DNA from: Sphagnum compactum
Lineage: Eukaryota
Direction: 5' to 3'
NCBI GenBank assembly: GCA_965153455.1
Contig: OZ234493.1
Span: forward strand, 20,264,213-20,328,212
DNA: 64,000 nucleotides
A program made the translations under genes and the position numbers. The notes under the pieces were generated by a model. The model ran no database searches. It saw nothing but the letters and a program-made list of their open reading frames with translations, and was not told the DNA's origin. Below are positions 40,366 to 53,171 of the stretch, in pieces. How positions within the stretch are numbered: the stretch's first letter is position 1; the number at the start of each line of letters is the position of its first letter.

Positions 40366-43300
40366 ATAAGTATTGAGTTTAACCATTGTGCTAGCAAAAT
40401 CAGGATCTTATGTTTCTTTAACATAAAATGCCTATACATACTATTTCATATTTGAATATGAATCCTGTTATATTAAATTTGAACTAAAAGATATCACCCA
40501 AATTACATTTCAAAATATGTTTGTTTATTTATTGTTGATGGGGCATGTGCCTGGTTTTTGTTGATGTTGAGAAAGTGTTTCAATATTCATTTTCTAGTAG
40601 GTGGACACATAGTGCAAAAACTGGAAACAGAAAGGCCAAGATAATGATTTTAAAGTCCAAACTTCTAGACACCTACATTTAACCTTGAAATACAACACTG
40701 AAAAGTTGTTGATTTAACTGCTTGTAGGGAGCATCTTGCTAATGTGACAACACATCATTGGACAACAGCTTTGTAGTTACATTATGTATCCTTCTGCATT
40801 ATGACATTTTTTTGTCACCTTAATACCTTTTTTGCGCATTCCTGGCCATTGGTTGGCTAAACCTCATAACTCACCCTCTTTTGTGTCCCATAACCCCTAA
40901 GTTTGGTGCTCCCATACAAGGTTATGCTTGATGTCCAGCTTGAGCTTGTTCGTGTGAATAGTCTCGATGTTTATGTGTTTCGACTAACCTATGCACTCTC
41001 GACAATCACCTAATCCATAACCTTCTTCCTATTACCAAACTTGTGAAACTTTTCTTATAGCCTATTGGTGCCAATTCCACAAATGAATTATTTCCTCTCC
41101 AGTTGTACTTAATGTGCTCCAGATGGGCAACCCAATTCCATGGAGGCCCAATTACTTTCAACTTGCAAATTTTTATACAAGCCCCCGCATCACATCTGGT
41201 GTCACCCCAAAGTAGAAATCAAAATGTAAGAACTATGTGACTTGAAGTGTACAGATCTCAAATGTGTCCGTATCCATTGTCAACTTGTTTGCCAAAGTTA
41301 TGCATGGCTATGACATGATGCCTGGTGGTGGCCCGAGGTGTCCTAGAATGCAGACTTTGCGGCTTTGGCAACTATATTATGGACACACTATCACCCAATG
41401 CCCAGTTGTGGGCCAAACCTAACATGCTTACTTTAATGGTTGCAAAACATTCCAAAATACTAAAAAGTGTCCCAAAAAAATAAAATCCTTTAAAGGCTTC
41501 CATTGATGCTTCAATGTGTGTTCTTGATTGCTAAGTAGTTAGCTCAAGCACTGTATTTCTGGTTATTTGTTCCCTGCTTTGGAGTTCCTCATGGGTTTAC
41601 AAGGACTAATTTCAGTGAAAACCCAACCTGTAGGAGGAATTTCCAATTGGAGTTAAAGAATTGCGAATGTGATTTTTCCACAGACTATACTTGTGTGGTC
41701 TGAGGCCAGTGTAAACCTCAGGTAAGGTATACGAATACTTCTACCTTGGATTAAACTGTCTTCTTGCAAGACCAGTTCCATACATGGCTTTAACTGAAAG
41801 CCCCATGTGGGACTCGGATAGCATGCTCTTTGATGAAATGGGTGCCATAGACACTTAAACACCAGCACAAATTTCTCATGTATCTGGAGGGCACCTTATC
41901 CAGCGGAAATTGGCCTTGGAAAAGTCTGAGGCATTTAAAAAAGCCAAATGTGAATGGGCATGTCACTTTTAAAAATGTTTTCCGGGTACTATATCTGGAG
42001 GACACCCACCAGTTATAATGTGGAAACGTATGTAAAAGATATTCTGTTGGGTAACTGCCTCAGAGCAGGGCATCCACAAAAGAAGCCGCCTTCAGCTCTG
42101 CCTCAGGTGTAGGGTTACACAACACATTGCTCAAGTACATTGCTACACTGGAAGATAATTTTCTCATCCAATCTTCAAAATGACAGCTGTGAAACGTGTT
42201 TGTCTCGATTTGTCTCGATTAAGTTAATGTAAATTTGCCGACCTTTATTAGAACAGAACACTAAAACAAGGAAAGGAGTGGAAATAGGAGTTGACACGAC
42301 AAAGGTCCTGTCAACAACAAAGTCTCCTGGGTCAATAAAGTTCTCCATAAAGTCAAGAAAAGACGGCATGAGAACCCCCTGTTTGGTCCATATAGGGGAT
42401 GAGATTTCAAAAAACAGTGAAAATAGTACCTTGGTCTTCAAAGGGAACTGACGCTCAGACTCGCACCAAATTTGGTCTAATCTGAGTTCGCACTCTCCTG
42501 TTTTTTTCATGAACGCCTTCAACCAATCACTGCTGCTATGTGTACTGTAGCTATAAATGCTCTCCAGCCTCGGGGATTTAATCCTGTGTCTCAGCATTTC
42601 ATACGGTGATTTAATAAAATTTTACGACTTTTGGGGATAACAGCCAGGAGGGGTTGAAGCATCAAATGAGGGGTGCAACTCAGGCTCAAGAGGGCATGAC
42701 TTTATGAATAACTCTAACAGTTGTACTTCCATAAGTATGTCCCTAAATCACTGACCCAGCCCATTAGCCCAAGCCAAAAATGCTGACGAACAGTTTTGGA
42801 AATAGAAATTTCATGCAGCCAATGGGAAGGCTCATCATGCACTCATGATGGGCCCTTGTTTTTTCTTGGGGGCCGGGGGGGGGGGTGTTAGTTGTTTTTT
42901 GTTTTTCTTCCTTGTTCAATCTCTTCCCCCTGCCATTAGCCTAGGCCAAAATTTGTGACAATCAGTTTTGGAAATAAAAAATATGTGCAGCCAATGGGTA
43001 GGCTGAAGCATGCACTCAAGGTGCCTTGATTTTTTTTCTTTTAAGTTTTGGGTGGAGGGGGTGGGGGGAGGATTTTTTTCTCATTTTACCTTTGTTCCCA
43101 ACATGTTCCCTCTATGTTACCTTCAAGTTCTCATCAGGTTCCCCAAGGGTGTTCCCAATAGCATCTCACTTTATCCCATATGTTTTGCCCAAAGTCCTCC
43201 CCTTCTCACCTATATAGGTGGGCCAAAGGGGCAGGCAATCCATCCTTCAGTAGAATCTTTTATTTTGGGGGAGCCTCCATAGTTTCATTTTGTTTTGCGA

Positions 43301-43382
43301 TGGGCCAATCAAAATAACTCATTGCAACAAAAAAAGTTGGACTTGTGAGGCATCCCCAACTAAGTAATATCGATCACACTAT

Positions 43383-43552
43383 GTCCCATACTAAAAGGTC
43401 AACAACTAGGGCCCCTTGAACCAACACCCACATTGATTACCTTTACGTGTTTGAGTGAGGCATGTTAGTCCCATACTAAAAGGTCAACAACTAGGGCCCC
43501 TTGAACCAACACCCACATTGATTACCTTTACTTGTTTGAGTGAGGCATGTTA
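43383..43552. repeat. 85-bp direct tandem duplication
   Basis: GTCCCATACTAAAAGG...GAGGCATGTTA twice (43383 and 43468), one mismatch. Confidence 0.95.
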
Positions 43553-43899
43553 GAGGAATTCCATAGACAGAGAGGAACTCCATAGACAGCAGTAAAATGG
43601 CCTCTACATAGGGACTCTAGCTCAAGTGTAGCCTATAACATAGTGTACAAATGGGTTAGGTCCTAAATATTTGTAAATAATTTGGTGATCTCCATAAGGT
43701 CAGCAAAGATAAAAAAAGAATGATTATTATTGGTCAACCATAACAATTGGCCCATGTGGTGGCATTTAAAAGGAGAGACAAAAAGTCTAATAAAAGTTGA
43801 TGGCCATAACCATCACACGGAAAACAAAAGAGAAGGCCAAAAGATGCATTGCCTGTAAGAACCAAAGAAGGGAGAGTCAGTCCCTCTCGAGGTAGGAAG

Positions 43900-46800
43900 C
43901 TATCTCACTCACATCCCTTCCAATGCTGCCTACATGCAAATCGTGAAATCTACTAGTAATAGGAGGTCTAGAACAAGCATCTTTCACTAACGCAATTTTC
44001 TTTTCTATAACAGAGGCTAAAATGTGTTAAAGAACAATATTAACACATTACTTGAAAAATTGAATGTAAAAAGACAAGGATGAATGACCTCTTGATCGTC
44101 TATTGTTTAAAAGATGAACACATTCCCTGATGAAACGATCCATATTATATTTAGGTGCACCTCCATCGCCATCAGAATAAATGGTGCTTGTCATAAAACC
44201 CTATATACTTGCAGATCTTAGCAATGCCACTAGATTCGGCAATTGCACCTTCTGGTTGATTAATGACATTCATAGCCATTGTTTCCCATGTTAGGTTAGT
44301 AACCATCACATTGGCAACAAAAGCTTGGTATTTGCAAGTCATGTAGAGATCAATTTATAATGAAATTCCTAACATAAGGGCATACCACCATTCTCTTGTT
44401 CGAACAAAGGCATACATGGCTATTCTAATGGTGTCATGTGTGACTGTCCACTAACCTTTGAACATCTAATGTGCTAAATGTGTGTTAGATGCGTTTAAAC
44501 CGTGTCCACATTCACACATGAGAAGACTAAATATCAAGGGTTGAATGAAACTGAGATAAAAATGTAACGTTGAGATGAAAATCAAATGTGCGATGTGGAA
44601 CAAACAAATAGGTGGCTTAGCAATCAACCATAGCCCTGCCCCCATGTTCGAACAAAAACGAATGTGGGCACTGGATATTGATGAAATGGAGTCATCTTCT
44701 AAGATAGACTTAAAAGATTTTTTGTGATGGATGTGCATCAAAACTTGCAGATTTGGGGCGTTGGTAATTGCCAAACTTTTAGAAGAAGGGTGCATCTTTT
44801 TAATTGCGGGAGGAAGGCTATCCCAAATTACACAAAAACATGATTAAAGGAGGTGTGGGCCCCCTTCAACCCAAGAAACACATTCCTCCAAAATGGATTT
44901 ATTGAAAATATAAAACTTGCAACACAAATACGAAACCACCAAAACCCAATTCCTTAGAAAAGCAAATGGGGCGCAATCCTCTATAACTAAAAGACATATA
45001 CCACCAAAGGAGATTGGTAGTTGGGCCTAATGCCTCACTAAGGGGCCCTGAATAGACTCCCATTACCTTGGACCCATAATGTCCCCACATACTTGCAAAA
45101 TTTTTTTGTTGAAATTTGCCAAAAAAGATAAAAAGGAAGAAGGAGGTACTGTTTGAGTGAGATAAGAAGGTTGATGAGCGACACATGAGGACAAAATGCC
45201 CAATGAAACCTATGCGCTTCCCAAGAGAAGAAAATCATTGATATGCATCATGTGTTGAGATAAAGCCTCATCCAAAAAAATGCATGACAAAGTCCTGAAA
45301 ACCCATTGGTACACCCAAAATGCGTAAGTTATTTAAGACTAAAGTGCAAACCTAAGGAATATCTATGCCTGAAAAGATCCTTGATGGGCTCCAAAATTTA
45401 CATTTTGACACTTTGACCCTAAGCCCAACTAAAGTTAACTAGGTCGAAAGGTGGTTAAAGGTAAGGACAACTTCATTCATAGGGTGCATGATGTGTGTAT
45501 CATTTGTTAGGGTGGAAAGACATAGTTGAGGCCGTATGCAATGGTCTCTAGAAATGTTTGATAATGGGCCAAGGCAAATAAATGACCTCCTAGGGGGTCA
45601 CCTTGCTTCATGCTTGAAGTTGATTCAATAATGGAGACCTTGTTTTCATGCTGCCCATGTTGGTAATAAAGAAAAGAATGAACACCATAAAACAATTTGG
45701 TAAAGGGGACAATGATCGCCAAAAGGCCCCTGGCACCTTGTAGCTCTTTAAAAATAACAACTTGAAAAACATTATTAAAAGTGTTTTCGATGTCGATTTG
45801 AATCATGCCTTAATCAAGGTGTAGGTTGAAGAAGGTTTTGGTGCCAAAAAGGATGGTTTCATAACTTCCAGGGGTCGATATTCCGAATTGATGAGAGGAT
45901 ATGTGTTTTTGAAACAACACCCGAAGTTGGAGGACAGTGGAATGACTAATAAGTTGAAAAAACGCCCTGCTTACAACAATAGGACAAAGACCTTTAGTTT
46001 TTTTGCCATTGCCAACAATTTGCGAGCCCTTAACATTAGGGCCATCGACCTAAGGATATCACCATGAACAATAGTAGCAACAATTTGGAATAATTTGAAA
46101 AACTTGAAGATGTGTCCTACAATATGAAAACAAAGATGCAAACAAAGTCCTATCCAGGACAAATGTGTGGTTGGGTTGAAAGTAAAAAATAAGTGGAGGG
46201 ACATGGTTTGATGGAAGGGGGTGTAGTTGACGTAGAGTTGCAATGGTGTCCTCTGAGAGAATAATTGGCATGATGGGCTGAAGAATTCTAACAACATGAT
46301 TGTACTTTTTGGCTTTACCCAAAGTCAGACATTGGTGAAGACAAATGGTCAAAGAATCGTCCGAGAGCAATGGGAACAGGGAGCATGTGAAGCACAAAAG
46401 GCCTGCTTTTGAAGAAAAGACCAATCGCCCATCATAAACCTCCTAAGGTGGGTAAAAACCTGTTGTTAATTTGAACAATTTTCTCGAGTATAACGCAAAC
46501 ACCAACATGACAATAGGAGGAGAGGATACCATGTTGATTCATCCATTAGATTTCAAGCAATTTAATCAAGGGGTAAACCAAAAGCATGCTTGACCTTGTC
46601 TTGGATGATTTTAAGGATTTTATGAAACAATTGAAGGCACGTGAAATGAAGTTCAAACAATTCCAAAATGAAGTTAAATCAAGTTCGAAGCCAACCCCAA
46701 AAAATAAGGGGGATAGAACCAGGGTGTAACACAGGAGGGGAGGACACCTACAAAGACAAAGGAACTTGGCTAGCTTGGGAAATGAGGCTGGCATGAGGAT

Positions 46801-46950
46801 TAACACTCTTGACATGCTTCAAGAGGCGCATGAAGTATAAAAATCAGGGCAATGTGGACAAGGGACATTTCGAACCAATGGAGGATGCAAAAAGGGAGCC
46901 ATACAAGACAAAAGGCTACACCCAAAATACTAGGACACAAAAGCCCAAAC
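43900..46950 (-). mobile_element. Decayed CRE-like non-LTR retrotransposon (RT, zinc finger, probable REL endonuclease)
   Basis: ARKLLAMAK (~46010), QFGISTP, IQIDIENTFN...KQGDPLGGHLFALAH (45507-45806), and GAGLWL...CECGH...THLAH (44466-44795), in the correct order with many stops and frameshifts. Boundaries approximate. Confidence 0.78.
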
Positions 46951-48641
46951 AAACCTTAAAAAAATTAAAATTAAAATTTGTCGTTACAATAACACATCAA
47001 TAATGGCGGGCCTGATTGTTGCAAGAATGCAATAGCGATGGTAAGCCTAACGCACCACACAGACTTCATTTTTCACTCATTGTGTTGAGCCCAAATTATT
47101 CCATTATGCCCTTCGTCTCTTTCCTCTTGCTTGCACGTGTTTCATGCATTCTTTTCCTCCATTTGCTACTTAGGCCACCGTGGCTCTTGCTCCTACAATC
47201 TTGCTGCATAAAGGAAGGCAAAGAAATTCAGTATATAGGAAGTGCATTGGAATCACGTTCATTGTGTGTTTGTGAGAAGTGAGTGAGAGTGTTTGTCTTG
47301 TGAAACCCAATTGCTCTGCTTTCTAAGCAACCGTCGCATTTGCCTTTGACACATTGTGATCACAACCACCACTTGTGTCATTAGGTAGATGTAATACTAA
47401 TGATTTTAATGTAATTTCAACCTTTGAAGTTTTAGGTGTGAATGCCTTCTTTTGTTGCTCTTTGCCATCCATGATGGTAGTCTCCAGATAACCCTAAACA
47501 TTTTTTTAAAAACTAAGTACATATTAGGGAAGTGGCACTTAAATATTGTTTCAACTTTTACTTCTCAGTTTTTCATGCTTAGGAGGGAGGCTGAGGAAAC
47601 AATTAACACCAAATGTGGGCTTGGGTGAGTTCTTTCAACTTTGGAGCCATGGAAGTTTGGATGTGATATATACTATTTCGGATCAAATTGCCATTGCCAA
47701 CGGTGATGCTCTTTGGATAGGTTGTTTGTGTTCCTTAGAAGGAACCCAAAAAATTGAGGATTTTCACCATCGTACAAGTGTAGGGGTTGGCTCATCCAAA
47801 GTGACAATTGGGATCTAAATTCAATTGTTCAACCAGATGCTGAAGGTGTTTTTTTTGAGAGATTGTTGGATGATGCACACAATTATTTAATTTAGAGAAA
47901 ACCATACTTCTGAACCACCTCAATTAACTACACTACAACACCACCCATGGCTTAGTTTGCACAATTTGGAACTCTTAAATCTTACCAAATTAAATTGTGA
48001 TCACAACAACCTAATGAAAAGCCACTGATGTGGGTCTTGTTGCAAGAGTTGCTTTTCATTATAATGTGCTAAAAAATACCAACTAATGAATGTTCATAGA
48101 TTGACAATTTAATTATTTTCTAGGTACCTTTTACACATAGTTTTTAATGAAAAAAAGTCATAGATGTCATCCTATGGTACTGCCCAAGCCATGATATTGC
48201 TGCGATACCTCTTTCGGTAGCTCGCACTTTGGCCCGACGAGAAAAGAGACAAAAATAAAAAGAGAGAATTTTTTTCTTTTTTGGAAAAAAAGATAAAATC
48301 AAAATATTTAATGAAAAGGGATTATTATGAGATATTTTATCATAACAACCCCCTAATGGAAAGATATCTTTAGTGCAAAAAGAAAAAGAGAAACATTTTC
48401 ACATCATTTGACTGCTACACTTCATTCAAATAGGGGGCACGTGAGTTCTTATTGCTAGGGGTGGAGACTCTCTAGTATAGTTGAGATAGTGCTCATCCCA
48501 TCATTTGAACACTCTTTTGGCATTTCTGTAATGCAACCATTCTTTTGGTCTTGCTCTTGTTATGATAAAAATAAAAAGATAAACAAAAATAGAAAACAAT
48601 AAAAACAAGGAAAAAAAACCAAAACCAAAAAAGAAAAAATA

Positions 48642-49090
48642 TCTCCCTAATAATGAAAGACTATCTATCACTCGTCAAGTTTCCAACCAAATTTTAAACA
48701 CATTAGAGTTATCCGTAAAGTCAGGTGATTAGGGGGCGAGAACGGCCAGGTTCAGCATAATAGGGCATCAAACGTGTAACTGGGAGTGAAATTTTTTCGA
48801 AAGGAAATAACTGGGACCCAAACTAGGTTTTCCACCAATTTTGGTGGTAAAGTGAGTTTCTAACTGTGTTTCCTTTTTATGCGCCTGCACTGCTGTTACA
48901 TATTTTCACTGCTCCTACTTGTACAACTACTATGATTATTCTCGAACCTTGTGCATTAAGTGCTGAGTTTCAGCATTTCATACCCAGATTTAATAAATAA
49001 AAAATTACTTTGCGGATACCACTGAAAGAGAGGATAGGGGCCGAAGCAGAGGAGATAGGGGGTGAAACAGAGGGTGACTTTGCGGATTAC
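48642..49090 (+). mobile_element. Helitron-related fragment sharing modules with the 23-30 kb nest
   Basis: A|TCTCCCTAATAATGAAAG start. 48708-48820 is the inverse of ~29181-29290; 48880-49040 is homologous to ~28880-29055. Confidence 0.55.
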
Positions 49091-52072
49091 TTTATTGTTT
49101 TTAATTCAAGTAAAAAGCGTTTTCAAACTGGGCTGCCTAAATACAGCATTGGCATGTTACAACCTGCAGCTTGTTGAACACCTTTATGCCACCAATTTTG
49201 CAGCAATTCCTGCTTTATGCAATAACCTTGCAAAACTTTATTTGTAAACACAGCGCTGATTCGGAAAAGGCACAAAGGTATCAGAAAAAGAAAAGGGAGA
49301 GCAAATCCAAGAGGTGGACACTAGATAGGGTCCATGAGGGCCCAAGTGTCCCCAATCGAAAAGAATCCCTTAAATTTCTGCCTTAACCAATCAGCCTCAT
49401 CTTTGGGAGCAAAGATACCTCCCGACCTTGTCCTGTCCCCACAGAAGCCCTAAAACTATATAGTTTCCAAGAAGAGGTTAAAGGAAGAGCATCTACTTAC
49501 ATTATGCATGAAGAAACATAATTGGAGATTAGTTTGATTATGTCAAGCTTCTAGAGCTCAAAAGTTACTATATTTGTTTAGCAAAATCAGGTCTTTTGAA
49601 CATGAGTCCCATGCATAACATGTGTGAATAAGTGAGATGTCAGTAAAAAGTGACATTAAACATTAAAAAGTAAAAATAAACTGATTTTTTTTGGGTGGTT
49701 TTCAATTGTCAAAATTTGAAAAAAATTAAAATTTGCTGAATTCTATATCTGGTTTTAATAGGTAGTCACTAATATAAAAGGAATTTTTTGTTAAAACTTC
49801 CATATCTTAATTATAGCCAAATTTGGCTAAGATCACCACTTTGGCTACATCACACAATTGACACCCAAAACATATTGATATGTACATATCAAGTAGTTTT
49901 GCTTCTGGAATTTGAAGTACAATCTTCAACTAGGATATTGAAGGTTCAGCCAAAATCACATCAATCTTCTTCCAATAAATTAAATTTCCTCATTTGAGTG
50001 CAACTTTTACTCTTTAATGAAGCACACCTCTTAAAACGACAATGCTTACTCCTCTCTCAGTAGGAAGACCTGCTTCCATTTGTTTAGTGTAATTGGAGGG
50101 CATCTTACTTAGCATAGTTCAATCGGAGGGAATGTTATTTAACATATGTTTTTTTTTGGACCATTCTTTCGAAAAATGAAGTATTTAATAAATGGACAAG
50201 ATTTTTGCTAATGTAATATAATTATTTATGTTAGGTTATTTTCAACTATTTTAGAGTTATTTTCATTGTTCTAAGTTATTTCACTTTATTTATGGTTCAA
50301 TTATTTATGGTTCTTTTTAATTATTTCATCTTATGTTATTTTTGGCTACTATAGACTATTTCATTTTAGAATATTTGTAATTATTATTTGTAATTATTTT
50401 AAACTATTTCATCTTAAGTTATATTCGACTATTGTGATGTTATTGTTGGTTACTTTTGGTTATTGAAGGTTATTTCATCTTATGTTGTTATAATATATTT
50501 TAGGCTATTATATTGATGGCTACTATTGGTTAGAATAAAACCAAAGCATTTCATACATGATACTTTTTTAATTTTTCACAAACATCTTACTTTTTTTCAT
50601 GATTCTTCATGTTTTAAACTAATAATGAAAATTCAAACAAATATATGATGCCAAAATTCAATGCAAACATAAATTTAAATTAAATTTAAGGTGATTCAAA
50701 TATTTGGATATTATATATTTAGATAATAAGAGGGTGAAAAATATTGACATTGAATGACCCCCCAAAAAACAAAAACATCCATAATGCCATTATGCAAACC
50801 CATACCAATGTTGATTTGTTGACTAGTTGTTTTATAGTTTGTTTAAGACCATCTCCACCGACAAACTACACATGTTTTGGATGAAGATCAATAAAAACAT
50901 TTTGTTAAGAGGGTTCATTTTGTGAGTCAAAATTTTTGCTCAATATGTTGACGCTAGCAAAAATCATATCATAGTCTAACACTAGTTCTTAATTGGTTAG
51001 ATATACTAATTGGTCCATGTGATTTGTTATTAGTAGGTTTTGATTTTTTATAGTCCTAAATTTGCAAGTGGGCCTAGAATTAGTAAATAAGTAACCTTGA
51101 ATGGAGAAATATTGTTGTAGGGCGAAATGGGAAGTATGGGTGAAGTGCTCCTATCATAAACTATTCCAAGAAGAATCTAGTTAGTGATAAATTATTTCAA
51201 TCCATTTTTTGAAATAAAAGATGTAATTTAATTGTGTTATATCAGATTTATTTTGTTGATTTCTCACATTATGGGTTAAGAAGTATGGGCTTATTGTCTT
51301 TTTAGATTGGACAACTTTGTATTGGGTCCCTCCCCAGAATATCATACATACGACTCATGTTTGGCAGAAAATAATTCACAAAAGGTTGAGCCCTGCCAAA
51401 AAAAATAATAATTGATATTTGTTGAAATTGTTGAAAAATGAAAACCATTGGGTTACCATTACGAATGCACGTACCTTGTTTTGTTTGTCAGATTGAGATA
51501 TCCTAAACCACAACACCCCTTGTCATGGGCCGCATTGAACCAGCAACCACCAGCGCACTGTGAAGGATGGATGATAAGTGGTTAGGAAACAGTTTTCTAT
51601 TGGGTTTCAGTTCCCTAGTTAACCATAGCGGTTAGCTCAGTTGCTGTTTTTCGCTACCCGTTCACTAACAACCCACCAGCAGCTTGTTAGTAGGTAGGTA
51701 GTAAAAACAGCCCTTACCTATGTATAAACCATCTACTTACCTAGTAGTTATCTATTTTCCTACCTATCTACCTATATATATCACAATTTATTGAATTTTG
51801 AGTAAACTTCTTCACTGGAAATTAATTTTAAATTTTAAATAGCTTTTTCACAATTGCAGCTCTTTTGTGAGTGTCCTTGTTCACACTTGAAGCAAGGTAC
51901 ATTGAACTCTTCAAATCTGGGCCAGCCGCACAGGTGACACTACTAGAAAGTGTGAAAATCTATATACAGGGACCTGTTCACACTTGGAGCGCTACTTAAC
52001 ATTAGTTTTGTTCACACGATGGGCTCAGCATAACAGGCCATACCTCTAGTATGTGTCGTATACTAACACTAA

Positions 52073-52454
52073 GGCCCGCTTTACACTAGGGGTCAGGGCT
52101 GAAAAAGCTTGGGGCCAACTTTGAGCAAATTTTGGCTTATTGTTTGGCCCCACGTTACTAATAAATGCTAGAACATTGAAGTCAAGATATTAATAGATGC
52201 TGAAACATTGGCCCCGAGGGTTGCAAATTGGCCTCCCGAATTTGATCTGATGGTAATCCTTTTTCCAGCCTGGGGGCCCAATACAAGGCCATAGCATTTA
52301 TTAGTAACTTTGGGCAGAATGAAAAGATTTTTTTTTCTACTTCAGCCTTGACTCCTAGTGTAAAGCCCTTGGGGCTGATTTCAACTTTTGCACCAATAGG
52401 AATTGCTTGATTTGGGCTAAACATCGGCCCCGACTCCTAGTGTAAAGCGGGGCC
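52073..52454. mobile_element. PIF/Harbinger (Tourist-like) MITE
   Basis: TIRs GGCCCGCTTTACACTAGGGGTC / GACTCCTAGTGTAAAGCGGGGCC with TAA on both sides (52070-52072 and 52455-52457). Extra TIR-like copy at ~52350. Confidence 0.8.
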
Positions 52455-52639
52455 TAATATAAATTTTAATTATAGTTGGGACTGAACTTAAAAATTCCCC
52501 TAAAGGTCCAATATGCTGGAACCACTCCCACTTTGACAGCCGAAGCCTGACTGTCCCTAACCTGAAAATAATGTGCAAAATGACAAGGAAAAGAGTTATA
52601 AAGAAGATGCTTTGATTACTGCAATTCACTATGGAATAT

Positions 52640-53070
52640 TGAATTTTATCTCCTCTGCCGCCGCTAGTGGCACGTTGCCTTCAATTGTTTCTCTCGCTCT
52701 CGCGCGCGCCGGCTCTCTCTTTCTCTCTCTCTCTCCACATACTTACATACACGAATGTTGGTGAGAACTTCCAGCTTGGTTCTTTGTTTTTAACCCAAAG
52801 TATGACTTGCAAAACATTTATATAGTTCTGACGCCAAAATCCCCTCAATTTGTCACGTTATTTGTGGTTTCCGCTTTTCGGAATCCGTTTTATCTACAAA
52901 AGATTTGTTGAGTAGGACCATTTTCTGCAGGAGTTTGGACACGGTGCTCTCATTCAAGGAGGTTGGGTGATGATGGCCCGGACATGTTCAGACTTCTTCT
53001 TTGTAAGTAGCTATTTTGGATGCCGCAGCTGACTGGTTGGGACGCTAATTGATGATTTTTCTAGTTGCAG
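52640..53070 (+). promoter_or_regulatory. Putative TSS/5'UTR exon (CT-rich tract) and 5'UTR intron of OPT copy 2
   Basis: CT-repeat tract 52689-52737; donor-like G|GTGAGA at 52761; acceptor-like TTTTCTAGTTGCAG at 53070. Inferred only. Confidence 0.35.
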
Positions 53071-53171
53071 AATGTAGGATGGTTTTGGGTGGTTTTTATA
53101 GTAATTTTTTTATTACGTGGGCTTGTTTTTCGTGGACGAGAATTTTGTGCTCCACACACATGGGAGATCTA

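Noticed and set aside
50220-50530. Degenerate AT-rich periodic tract (also 4200-4660)
   Set aside because: Low complexity with no definable unit or termini.
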